Of a stretch of DNA of 64,000 bases, positions 10,375 through 21,214 are shown in pieces. Position numbers and translations under genes: made by a program. Under the pieces are notes generated by a model. That model worked only from the letters and a program-made list of their open reading frames with translations, did no database searches and had not been told where the DNA came from. Each line of letters begins with the position of its first letter. Position 1 is the first letter of the stretch. Source of the DNA: Thecamonas trahens ATCC 50062. Lineage: Eukaryota; Protista; Apusomonadida. The stretch lies in contig NW_013657677.1 of assembly GCF_000142905.1 (NCBI RefSeq), forward strand, positions 434,001 to 498,000, written 5' to 3'.

Positions 10375-13126
10375 ATGAAGTCGTTCATTGTTCTTGCGGT
10401 TGTTGCCGCCATCCTCGCTTCGGCGGTCGCCACCCCGGTGCGCGTCGCCCAGCCCGAGAGCGAGATCCCCTGTGCCATCTGCAAGCTTGTTGTCGACTAC
10501 GTCGACCACCTGCTCGCCTCCAACTCCACAGTTGCCGCCATTGAGGCTGAGCTCGAGAAGCTCTGCTCGGACCTGCCCAAGGCCTGGGCTGGTGAGGTAC
10601 GTTGCCGTCGCGAGTCTACATTTCCCCCACCCTGTCCCCCTGCGCACGCCCCCCGCGGACCCCCCCCCCCCCCATGGACACCCAAATGCCTCCTATAAGG
10701 TCACACCCACCCCACCTCCTCGGTATCTTCCCTCCCCTCCATGTTATCCCCCCGTGTTGTCCGTCCAGCCCCCCTCGCCACCCCTGTGGGTGTGAGGGCC
10801 CCCAAGCGGTGATTTTTTAGGCCTGGGGCATTGACACCAGCTACCGACGGGAGCCCCCCTTCGCTAGCCCACCTCCAGGGGTTCAAGACTTAGCCTGGAC
10901 GCTACCCTGTCCTTGCGAGCTCGACTCTTCAGCCACATGCCGACCAAGTGGCCGGTAACAGACGCGGCGTGCGGGTCGTGGGCCGTGGCTGTTGCAGGAT
11001 TTCACTTTTTGCTGCTGTGCACGCGTCGCCCGGCACGTGACATAGGAGGGAGCGCCACGGTGGACTCACACGATGCGGTTTGGGGATCCAGTGCACGGAT
11101 GTGGTTGAGAACTACCTCCCCGCCATCATCCAGGCCATCGAGAACAACGCTGACCCGACGACGGTCTGCACCCAGAACCTCCACCTGTGCTCCTCGTCGA
11201 TGAAGGTCCAGGCTCCGTTTGACGACTGCTCGATCTGCGAGCTTGTTGTTGGCGAGCTTGAGAAGCTGCTTGAGAACAACCACACCATCGAGATCATTGA
11301 GACCGAGCTCGGCAAGGTCTGTGCGCTCCTCCCGGCGTCGTGGGCCTCGACCTGCACCGCGCTTGTCAACAACTACCTCCCGGAGCTCATCCAGCACCTC
11401 GAGGACGACCTCCCGCCGCAGACCGCTTGCCAGAAGATCGGCTTCTGCAAGCCGTCGGCTACGCCCGTCAAGATTGTCATCGACGACGTCCAGTCGTTCG
11501 GCGGTGTCGAGTGCTCGCTCTGCGAGCTCCTGTTCAAGGCTGTCGAGGGCTACCTCGCCAAGAACAACACCGAGGCCCAGATTGAGGCCGAGCTCGAGAA
11601 GCTCTGCGCTCACACCCCGTGGAAGGACTCGTGCGACTCGATTGTCGAGGAGTACCTCCCGCAGATCATCGAGGCCATCGAGAGCAACGAGACGCCCGAG
11701 CAGCTCTGCACCACCATCGGCCTCTGCTCATCGGAGATTGCCGACGTTGCCGCTCCGTTCGACGACTGCTCGATCTGCCAGCTTGTTGTTGGCGAGCTTG
11801 AGAAGCTGCTTGAGAACAACCACACCATCGAGATCATTGAGACCGAGCTCGGCAAGGTCTGTGCGCTCCTCCCGGCGTCGTGGGCCTCGACCTGCACTGC
11901 GCTTGTCAACAACTACCTCCCGGAGCTCATCCAGCACCTCGAGGACGACCTCCCGCCGAAGACCGCTTGCCAGAGATCGGCTTCTGCAAGCCGTCGGCTA
12001 CGCCCGTCAAGCTTTTGTAAAAAAAAAAACCAGTCGTTCGGCGGTGTCGAGTGCTCGCTCTGCGAGCTCCTTGTTCAAGGGCTGTCGAGGGCTACCTCGC
12101 CAAGAACAACACCGAGGCCAGATTGAGGCCGAGCTCGAGAAGCTCTGCGCTCACACCCCGTGGAAGGACTCGTGCGACTCGATTGTCGAGGAGTACCTCC
12201 CGCAGATCATCGAGGCCATCGAGAGCAACGAGACGCCCGAGCAGCTCTGCACCACCATCGGCCTCTGCTCATCGGAGATTGCCGACGTTGCCGCTCCGTT
12301 CGACGACTGCTCGATCTGCCAGCTTGTTGTTGGCGAGCTTGAGAAGCTTCTCGAGAACAACCACACCATCGAGATCATTGAGACCGAGCTCGGCAAGGTC
12401 TGCGCGCTCCTCCCGGCGTCGTGGGCCTCGACCTGCACTGCGCTTGTCAACAACTACCTCCCGGAGCTCATCCAGCACCTCGAGGACGACCTCCCGCCGA
12501 AGACCGCTTGCCAGAAGATCGGCTTCTGCAAGCCGTCGGCTGCTGTTGATGTTGCGGCTCCGCTCGACCTCGAGTGCTCGCTCTGCGAGCTCGTGGCCAA
12601 GGCTGTCGAGGGCTACCTCGCCAAGAACAACACCCAGGCCCAGATTGTTGCCGAGCTCGAGAAGCTCTGCGCCATGACGCCGTGGAAGGACTCATGCGAC
12701 TCGATTGTCGAGGAGTACCTGCCGCAGATCATCCAGGCCATTGAGGACAACGAGACGCCCGAGCAGCTCTGCACCACCATCGGCCTCTGCTCGTCGGCGA
12801 TCGCCAACATTGAGGCTTCCCCGGAGACCTGCAAGATCTGCGAGTATGTTGTCAGCCTTGCCGAGGCCATGCTCTCGGGCAAGAGCGTCAACAACACTCA
12901 GATCGAGGACGAGCTCAAGAAGGCGTGCGTGCTTCTCCCCAAGAAGTTCCAGCCCGAGTGCTCGCTCCTGGTCGACACCGCGCTCCCGGCCATCCTCGAC
13001 GAGCTCGAGAAGGGCACGCCGGCCGCTCAGGTCTGCACCACCCTCCACCTCTGCACCTCCTCGGACGCCCGCCCGCACTTCCGCCGCGCCATGCGCAAGG
13101 CGGTCCACAAGCTCCGCATCGAGTGA
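10375..13126 (+). CDS. Prosaposin-like secreted/lysosomal precursor with 8 saposin-B domains
   Basis: Signal peptide MKSFIVLAVVAAILASAVA. Repeated six-Cys SapB pattern (CxxC...C...C...YLP...C...C). Intron 10597..11091 (GTACGT...ACTCAC...CCAG) gives KAWAGE|CTDVV. A low-quality stretch with indels at about 11970-12090 splits the ORF. Confidence 0.92.
11211..12790 (+). repeat. 540-bp tandem triplication of a two-saposin unit
   Basis: GACGACTGCTCGATCTGC at 11221, 11761 and 12302; copies nearly identical. Confidence 0.9.
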
Positions 13127-13171
13127 GTGTAGCGTTGCCGCTCCCTGCAGAGCACCCTGTCTTTTTCCCCT

Positions 13172-14020
13172 TTAACAACACCCTACGGTACTGGACATCT
13201 TTGTCCATCGCGCAAGCCGCGGCGCTCCGCGACGCTCCACAGACGTCGCCACGTCCATCAATCGCGGTAAAAGAGCAGTACAATGTGTTAATGGCTGCCG
13301 TGGGCACTGGTGGGCCACAACAGAAAACAGACGGCGATGCAGAGATCGACGCCGCACGCGGCGCACAAGGTCCGCGGCCGCGATCGCTTACCATGAAACT
13401 TCCGGCAGGCGAGGCAGCCGCGTCGCAGAGCGGCTTGTTGGGGAAAGCGGTGCTGACGAGCAGCTGCTGCAGAGGGTCGCTTCCGCTTGTGCGACGGCGC
13501 GGAGTTGACGGCGTCGGCGCTGGCGGCAAGAGGGCGTCGATGATAGCCACGCGAGTCATGGCGGGGCGCGGGCTCGCGGCGGCGCAGAGCGCGTACGCGT
13601 TGATGAGCGCGGCGTCCAGAATCCAGTACAGGATGGCGTGCCACCACTTGCGCAGCCACGCCGACCGGCAAGCTCGTCCGTCGCAAGAAGATCCACAACG
13701 TCCTCTCGCTCTCCTGTCCGGTCGCTGTGTTCAACTCTGTCATGCTCTCCTTCCCGGTCGTCGGGTCGTCAACGACAAGCTTCGCACCGTCGGCGCCCGC
13801 CGCTCCTCCGGATCGGCACCGTACGGCACCTCGCGCCCCTCGCCCATGCTGACATGCGTCCGTCACCGCCGTCACGTGCAGGCACGCCTCCCACCTCCAG
13901 CCGCAGGCCAAGCAGGCGTCGCGCAGCGTCGGCCAGGTGACCTGGAAGTCAAGCATCATCGAGTTGTTCACTTTGAGACGCGCGACAACGCGTCCGAACG
14001 ACCGTACGGTTGAGGGTTAA
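13172..14020 (-). mobile_element. Internally deleted, decayed piggyBac-family DNA transposon
   Basis: Right end reads AGGG-TTAA (14013-14020). Left end has TTAA at 13172 followed by a degenerate inverted repeat. The minus strand encodes WLRKWWHAILYWILDAALINAYAL (from 13658) and, after a frameshift, RRGCLACRKFHGKRSRPRTLCAACGVDLCIAVCF. Confidence 0.8.
13288..13658 (-). pseudogene. piggyBac transposase C-terminal fragment (KWW...LD.A..NAY helix plus Cys-rich domain), frameshifted
   Basis: The two hallmark motifs are in different frames; no DDD catalytic core is recognisable upstream. Confidence 0.8.
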
Positions 14021-14065
14021 CATACACCACTTTGTAGAGACATCTATTTCACACTTTCCACCCGC

Positions 14066-14601
14066 TCACCGCGGCTCGATCTTGATCTTGTTGGCCTGGC
14101 TCTCAAGCGACGCGAGCTGCGACTTGATGGTCCGGATGTGCGCAGCCAGCGCATGGATGGGCGCCATGTCCTCGTTCAGCCGCGCCGTCGCCGCCATCAG
14201 CTCAGTGCCGGCTGCCACGGCGTCGTCGACCGCACCAGCCATGTGATCCACAGCCTCAGCGTGCGCTGTCGCGTATGTCAGCGCCACCCGCGTGCTCTCC
14301 GCCAGATGGCCCTTGACCGCAGCGAGCAGGACCGCCACTTGCCCCGCGGCCTCGCCGGCCGACATTTCGAGCGCCAGCAGCAGATCTTCCGAGATCGGCT
14401 GCAGCGGCCGGGGCGCCGGCGCGACATTGCGTCCTCCAGTCGGTGTCCTCACCAGCCCTGCTTGTCCTTGCGCCTGCTGCTGTGCTTTCGGCGGCGTCTG
14501 CGGCAGAGCCAACCCTTCTCCCCCCCGCCGTCGCCACCTGCTCCGCCGCCCTTGCCCCTCCCTTCTGCCCCGCTTCCCCACGCACCGCCTGCGTCAGCCA
14601 T
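14066..14601 (-). CDS. BORCS6: BLOC-1-related complex subunit 6 (lyspersin)-like; 5' end uncertain
   Basis: C-terminal helical region LEMSAGEAAGQV...AVDDAV...LNEDMAPIHALAAHIRTIKSQLASLE resembles the BORCS6 domain. ATG at 14601 needs a G-run indel or an intron to join. Confidence 0.7.
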
Positions 14602-14850
14602 GTCAGCACTAGACCAGCCACGTCCCCAACAGCCGCGCCCGTCTCTATCACCCGTGTGCGTCGTGTGACCGCTCGTCCACCCTGCCCAACCATCCGCCTC
14701 CCCCCCGTCTCCTCGACCCGTTTCGGCCCGTCGGCCGACCGCATGCCCTCGACCGCCCACCAACCAATCGCCCCTCCCCCGTTCCCCCTCCCCCTGGCCC
14801 CCCCTCCCCCCCCTCCCCTCCTCTGCACCTCACTCCCACAGGCAACAGCA

Positions 14851-17656
14851 ATGGCGGCCTCCTCGTCGCGCTTCTCGCTGCTGCTCCTGGAGGAGGGCGA
14901 GTACTACTTTGACGACTATGCCGCCTACCACTACCCCTCGCTGCCGCCGTCGCCCACCACGTACGCACCTCGCCTCGCTCCCCCCCCTTCCCCCTCTTCA
15001 GCCGCCTTCGTGGACGCGTCCGGCTCTGCTCCTCCTCGCTCTTCTTCGAACCGGAGGACGTGAGCCATCCCCTGGTCAAGCTCTCGTTCGCAAAGGTCCA
15101 TGGCGTCTCCCGGTTCCGCGGACTGGGCGGGCACGGGCTGGCGAGTGATGAACTGGCGGCGATCTTTGTCATTCAGACCTCGCTCACCATCACTCTCCTC
15201 GGCGACAACGTCATCAAGCCGTACACCTTTACCAAGGGCCGGGCTGACTTTGCCTTTGCCCTTCGCTACGCCGAGCTCGAGACCTTTCTCCCGCGGTTGC
15301 AGGATCTGTTGGAGATCAGCACGCTCGATGTGGCTGGCGCCGAGGCCCGGCTGGACTCGCTCATTGCCATCCGCGAGGCAAAGTTGACCTTTGATCACTC
15401 GTCGATCAAGGAGCTTTCCGAGCGGATCGAGCTGGAGATGCGTGCAGTCCACGAGTTGCCGCTGGTGCACAACCCCGGCCGATTTGTGCTCACAACGGCG
15501 CGAATCTATTTCCAGGCCTTTAACAACATCTCTGGCGAGCCTGTGGCAAGCTACGACCGGTCGGCCATCCGATCTGTGGCCCGGCGGCGGCATCTACTCC
15601 GGGCGACTGGGCTAGAGATCTTCATGGCCTCTGGCGACTCAATGCTGTTCTCGTTCTCGTCGCGAGCCGACCGCGAGGCTGTCTTCGAGGCCCTGTATGC
15701 ACAAGACGGCGTGGCATCGCAGCAAGAGGAGTTTGCCGCCAACATGACGCTGCGGTGGCAGAACGGGCTTGTCTCCAACTACGAGTATCTCATGTTCCTC
15801 AACTCGATGGCCGACCGGTCGTTCAACGACCTGGCCCAGTATCCGGTCTTCCCATGGGTGGTTGCCGACTACACTTCGGCTGAGCTGGACCTTGACAACC
15901 CGGCCACGTTCCGTGACCTGTCCAAGCCGGTCGGCGCGCTCAACCCGGACCGACTCGCTGGCTTCCGCCAGCGGTTTGAGCAGATGCCGGCCGACGGGAC
16001 CGGCCCACTCACTCCGTTCCTGTATGGGACCCACTACTCGACACCGGGCTATGTGCTGTTTTACCTCGTCCGTTCTCAGCCTGCGCTCATGCTCCGGCTT
16101 CAGAACGGCAAGTTTGACGCGCCGGACCGGCTGTTCACCGGCGTCGCCGCCACCTGGCGCAACTGCCTCCACTCGACCGGCGATGTCAAGGAGCTTATTC
16201 CCGAGTTCTACGCTGGCGACGGAAGCTTTCTTCGCAACACGGCAGGCATCGACTTTGGCGTCTGTCAGGGCTCGGGCGAGCGGGTCCACGACGTCGAGCT
16301 CCCGCCGTGGGCGAGCGATGCAGCCGATTTTGTGACCAAGCTCCGCTCCGCGCTCGAGTCGAAGTATGTCTCGGATCACCTCCACGAGTGGATCGACCTT
16401 GTGTTTGGCCACAAGCAGCGCGGCGCTGCCGCCGACGCAGCCGATAACGTCTTTTACTACCTCACGTACGAGGGCGCGGTTGACATCGAAGCCATCGCCG
16501 ATCCGCTCGAGCGCAAGGCCATCGAGTTGCAGATCTCCGAGTTTGGCCAAACGCCGACGCAGCTGTTCACCCGCCCACATCCGCGGCGCGGCGCAGTTGC
16601 AAGCCCGCTAGGTATCGGGCTCCCCGCGATCAGCGCACTGCCGACCAGCGGGAGCGAGGCTGCCGGAGGCGACGGCGGAGCATCGACAGTCAACGCCAGT
16701 CCCGTTGCCGGCGCGCCAGACAGCGCAGCGAGTTCCTGTGGATGGGGCGAGGTGGGAAGCCTTGTTGAGGACACGGCCTGGGGCCCGATTGCAGCCCACA
16801 AGGGTGCCGTGACCGGCCTGGTGGTCAGCGACGATGGGGCTCGCATCACGTCTGTTTCGCTCGACGGCTATCTACGGGTGTACGCCATGCCGGAAAACCG
16901 GCAGGTGCGGGCGGTGGCGCCGAGCTCGCTGGCACTGTCGTCGGTGACTGCACTGGACGCCAGTGGCGACACTTTTGTGGTGGGCGGGTGGGACAACGCA
17001 GTGTACGCTTACTCGATCGAGTATGGGTCGATCTCTGCCAAGCTCGAGTCGCACGACGCGGCGGTGTCGGGCGTGGTCATGGTCGACGAGCTGACGCTGG
17101 TCTCGACCTCGTGGGACTCGACGGTCAAGGTGTGGGAGCGCAAGTCGACGCGCAACGCCAGTTCTCACCTGTGCCCGTGGCCGAGATGCAGGAGCACGAC
17201 GAGGCGGTTAAGGTCATGGCCATCGCTCCCGATTCGAGCCTGTTTGCGACGGCCTCGTCCGACGGAGCCATCGTGGTGTGGGACGCCGGCACGCGTCGGG
17301 CAGTCGAGTACTTGCCGGACCATGACGGCGAGGTGACCGCACTTGGCTTTTCCGACCACAGCGCGTGGGTGGTGTCCGGCGACGATGGCGGGACGGCTCG
17401 CGTGACCGAGGCGCGGACTGGCGTAGTCGTGTTTGAGACCGATGTTAGCGAGCCGGTGCGCGCGGTGGCGTGCGATGGAAAGACTCTGCTCTGCAGCGCA
17501 GGCACGCACCTCCAGATGTGGGCGTTGGGCTCGGGTGCCGAGCAGGGCGCACAGCTCGACCTCGGCGCCGACGTCACTGCGCTGGCGGTGGTCGGCGGCG
17601 CGGCGTACGTCGGGCTCGACGACGGGACCATCCACCGGGTGGTGTTTAACGAGTAA
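14851..17656 (+). CDS. NSMAF: FAN / neutral sphingomyelinase activation-associated factor (GRAM/PH, BEACH, WD40)
   Basis: N-terminal RFSLLLLEEGEYYF. A 41-nt intron 14961..15001 restores RLRGRVRLCSSSLFFEP. BEACH motifs RSFNDLAQYPVFPW, YGTHYS, KELIPEFY, LPPWA, EFGQTP. WD40 tail with a 1-nt deletion at about 17143. Confidence 0.9.
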
Positions 17657-17702
17657 AGGGAGCAAGAACGGAGAAGAGACTTGCGTGGGCAGGCGAGGAC
17701 CA

Positions 17703-18378
17703 TCAGTGCCTGGACTTCTTGGACTTCTTCTTGGACTTGTCCTTCTTCGACTTGCCCTTGCTCTTGGCCTTGGCCTTCTTTGCGGCGTGGGCGTCGCCAG
17801 CCTCTGCGTCACCATCATCAGCGTCACGGCCCTTCCGCTTGGAGCCCGGCGCGGCCGCAGCGGCCGCCGCCACCTCCATGGGGGCCACGTCCCCTGCGCC
17901 TGCGGCCACCACGTCGCCGGCGGCCCGCATTGAGGCCTTCTGGCCCTCACGAACGGCGGCATGGACCTCCAGCTTGTGCACGTACGACTTGACCCGGGCA
18001 AGCTCGTCCGCAACCGGGTGTGCGGACGGGTCCTGGCCCTGTGTCTTGAGGTAGACTGTAGACCGGGTGAGGCGGGCGGTGTGAGTGGGGAAGAGGGGAG
18101 AAGGGGGGCAGGGGAGGGGATCCGTCCGTGGGCCATCCAGGGCCATCCTGCAGCAGGGTGTTGGTGGGCAGGCAAGGGGGGAGAAGGGGCGTACTGTGGA
18201 AGAGCGAGTTGAGCGAGTATGCGAGGGCGACGTTGAGCTTGGCCTTGTCGGCATTGTCCAGGTTCTCCATCACCTCCTCGAGCGGCTTCTCCAGCAGCGG
18301 TTGCATGGTGGCTTCGACCTGGGCAAGCGCCGCATCGACCTCGTCCAGGGCGCGCGAGGCACCGGCCGGGAGCGACAT
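17703..18378 (-). CDS. C1D: C1D / Rrp47 nuclear exosome cofactor
   Basis: AKLNVALAYSLNSLFH|IYLKTQG...HPVADELARVKSY after splicing intron 18056..18194 (GTACGC...CTACAG); Lys-rich tail. Confidence 0.88.
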
Positions 18379-18664
18379 GAGAGAGAGATTGGTCAACGAA
18401 CGGGCGAATGAGGCTGACTGTGTTTGGACGGCGAATTATCCTGCTGATGGCATTGGCAGACGTTCCATCAAACCACCCACGCTGACACGGGTGCCAGCCA
18501 TGCCCACTCCTGCCTCTACCCCCCCTACCCCCTACCTACCACCGCTCTCACACAGCCTCACAGCACCCACCCACCCGCATACCTAATCCCCTCCCTCATC
18601 CCCCCCTTCCCCTCCCTTCCCTCCTTGTTGCCCACCCCCCCCCTTCCCCCGTTCGAACAGGGCC

Positions 18665-21199
18665 ATGGCGCCCGCCCCGATAGTTGGCTCGCTCATGGTG
18701 GCTGTGGTGGGCATGCTGGCAATGGCGTGCATGGTTGATGGCGCAGGCTTCAGTATTGCGCAGGTGGCATCGGTGCCTATGCCGGATTGGATCGGCAATG
18801 ATCCTGCTCTTGGCCAGAACATTCTACCTGGCATGCTCGCTGCCGACGGCGGCCTGCTGGCCATCGCCATGGAAGAGTACGGCGTGTACACAGTGCTGCT
18901 GCCGACAATTGCGGAGACGCGTCAATTGGCCGTCAGCGAGCCAGCAAGCTACAAGCTCGACATTGCGTTTGCCATCTACGACGATGCGCTTGTCCCGCCG
19001 CTGGACGAGTTCACCAAAGCAGTGGTGTGCGATGGCCGGCGGATGATTCTCTCTTCGTTGGGCCATGCGGACCACAACGGCGGGGTTGCTATTGTCGACA
19101 TTGCATACGGTGAGACGGCCGAATCAGTGACCGCGACCGGAGTGTACGTCGAGACTCCGCAGGACCGGCTGTGGGGACAGAGCTGGGGCACGGCCCTCGC
19201 CGCCAACCGCAGCTGCCTCGAGTTTGTGGTGACGATCAACAATGACACACATGCCGCCATGGACTTTGACGTCATGGCCATTCAAGGCAGCCCGCCGACC
19301 GCGACGCGGATCGATGTCGTGCCTCAGCCAGTCAACGAGACCGGAACCTTTGCGTGCTTTGTGGGCAACAGAATGGTTTCGATTGGTGAAGCTCCCGACG
19401 CCGCATCGCCTGATGGCTCCAATGTCATGGTCATGGAGCGCGTCGGCGGAAGCGGCGCGTGGACGACAAGCGTTCTTGCTGCCAACATCTACGACTCGGC
19501 AGACTACATGCCGACGGTCTGTGGCGACGACTTTTTCGCCTACATCACGCGGTTCTCCGCGGCTGACGGCGGTGTCCTCGTCATCCACGATTGGCACAAT
19601 GACCAGCGCGGCGCAATGGTAGCGCACATCGAGGTCGCTGGCTTTTACTGCCCATTTGCATTGGCCGCCGGCGATGGCATGCTTTTGCTTTCGTGTCCGC
19701 TGGCGAGCCCGAGCGAGCTTTCCGCAAACGTGTTTCTTGCTTTTGAGCGGGACGCCAGTGGCGCTTGGGTCAACGCCACAGAGAGCCTTCCAGCGGGGCT
19801 ACTCTCGTTTGAGCCAGAAATCCCTGTCGGCATCGCCTCGGGTCTTGTGGCACCGGCACAGGTTGTCTCCATGTCGTCCGAAGGTCGACTTGTCTACGTC
19901 AACGTGGTCAACATTTCCAACGCCGACAACTATGCCCACTACGACTTTGTCGTGGCTGATGTCTGCTTTGGCGGATGCTCCGAGGACACGGGACACGGCC
20001 GCTGCGTCGGCCCGAATCTGTGCCAGTGTGAACTAGGATGGCAGCTGCCTGACTGCTCGATGACGACAACCGCAAGAGGAACCCAGGAATCGGCAGCGGC
20101 GGCAAAGGCCAGCGTTGCCGCGTCGCCGGCTGTGCTGTCTGCCTATGTATGGGTGGCGGCGGGGCTGCTGCTTGCCATTGTGACATGCGTGCAACGGGCG
20201 CGCAGCTCGACGTCGCGGTCGCCGTTCTACGTCCGTGTGCGGTACTTGACCAAGCTGGTGCGCGACCACTCTGTGTGCGGCATCTTTGTGCATGAAGCCG
20301 GTGATCCGTTCTCGCGTGCAGCACGGGTTGTTACCCTCATCCACACGCTCTCGATCATGTACATGACGTCGCAGATTGTGGTGTACCTCAACAACGAGCA
20401 CCTCCACTACACGTCATCGACCAGCGATCGTGTGCAGGAAGCTGCACTTGCGGCGGCGCTGTCGACGACGCTGTCTGCGGTGATGGGCGTGACGCTGGTC
20501 TCATGGGGCATGCGCCGCGAGTGGGGTGACCCTCTGCAGACGGCGCTGGGGCATGAGAGCGGCGAGCTGAGTCCGCCGCCCCGGCACCCGAAATCGACCG
20601 CATTCTTTGTTGGCGGGTGCGTGGTGAGCGTGCTGACCATCGGTGCCAACGTGGCGCTGGTCCTTTTTGTGCAAGCGTCGGGGACAGCGATGTACTCGCT
20701 CGTGTCGTTTGGCTCCTCGGCTGCTGTTTCGCTCTTTCTTGTCGAGCCGCTCCTTGTCTTTCTCAAGCACCAAGTCTGGAATCAGGACACGGTGTGGTCG
20801 CTGCGCGGCGCGGCCGCGTTTAGCGGAGCGCGCGTCGGCACAGCGCTGCAGCCGATGTCAGCGCGTGGCGCTCGCGGGGTTCGCGAGCAGCCAGTCCTCA
20901 CCGGGCGGCTTGCCAACGTGGTGGTCGCCGAAGCCAATTGGGAGTCTTCGTCGCGGCTCCGGATCCGTGCGCCGTCCGAGGTCTTTTCCGCCGTTGCCGT
21001 CGGCGACTATGTGGCCGTGGCAGGGCTCCTTGTCAAGGTGCTTGAGCGTCGGTCATCGATTGAGGTCGACGTCGATATCACGCCTGCCATCCAGTCTGGC
21101 TCGTCACTCTCGTTTACCGACGTTGCCTTTGAGGTCAACATCGAGCTGCCGTCTGGGCAGGTGAGTTTGGGCGGCAAGGCGACGCCGCGTTTGCCGTAG
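18665..21199 (+). CDS. Signal-peptide membrane protein: propeller-like ectodomain, EGF repeat, about 5 TM helices resembling the polycystin-1 N-terminal TM domain
   Basis: EGF CFGGCSEDTGHGRCVGPNLCQCELGWQLPDC; DHSVCGIF...FSRAARV and SLFLVEPLLV motifs; hydrophobic segments. Confidence 0.65.
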   Translation: MAPAPIVGSLMVAVVGMLAMACMVDGAGFSIAQVASVPMPDWIGNDPALGQNILPGMLAADGGLLAIAMEEYGVYTVLLPTIAETRQLAVSEPASYKLDIAFAIYDDALVPPLDEFTKAVVCDGRRMILSSLGHADHNGGVAIVDIAYGETAESVTATGVYVETPQDRLWGQSWGTALAANRSCLEFVVTINNDTHAAMDFDVMAIQGSPPTATRIDVVPQPVNETGTFACFVGNRMVSIGEAPDAASPDGSNVMVMERVGGSGAWTTSVLAANIYDSADYMPTVCGDDFFAYITRFSAADGGVLVIHDWHNDQRGAMVAHIEVAGFYCPFALAAGDGMLLLSCPLASPSELSANVFLAFERDASGAWVNATESLPAGLLSFEPEIPVGIASGLVAPAQVVSMSSEGRLVYVNVVNISNADNYAHYDFVVADVCFGGCSEDTGHGRCVGPNLCQCELGWQLPDCSMTTTARGTQESAAAAKASVAASPAVLSAYVWVAAGLLLAIVTCVQRARSSTSRSPFYVRVRYLTKLVRDHSVCGIFVHEAGDPFSRAARVVTLIHTLSIMYMTSQIVVYLNNEHLHYTSSTSDRVQEAALAAALSTTLSAVMGVTLVSWGMRREWGDPLQTALGHESGELSPPPRHPKSTAFFVGGCVVSVLTIGANVALVLFVQASGTAMYSLVSFGSSAAVSLFLVEPLLVFLKHQVWNQDTVWSLRGAAAFSGARVGTALQPMSARGARGVREQPVLTGRLANVVVAEANWESSSRLRIRAPSEVFSAVAVGDYVAVAGLLVKVLERRSSIEVDVDITPAIQSGSSLSFTDVAFEVNIELPSGQVSLGGKATPRLP

Positions 21200-21214
21200 T
21201 CTCGGGCGACAGTC

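Noticed and set aside
11995-12035. TTTTGTAAAAAAAAAAAC inside the saposin gene as a poly(A)/retro-insertion or slippery site
   Set aside because: It replaces a similar-length segment seen intact in the sibling repeat and is flanked by several indels, which points to a low-quality read end
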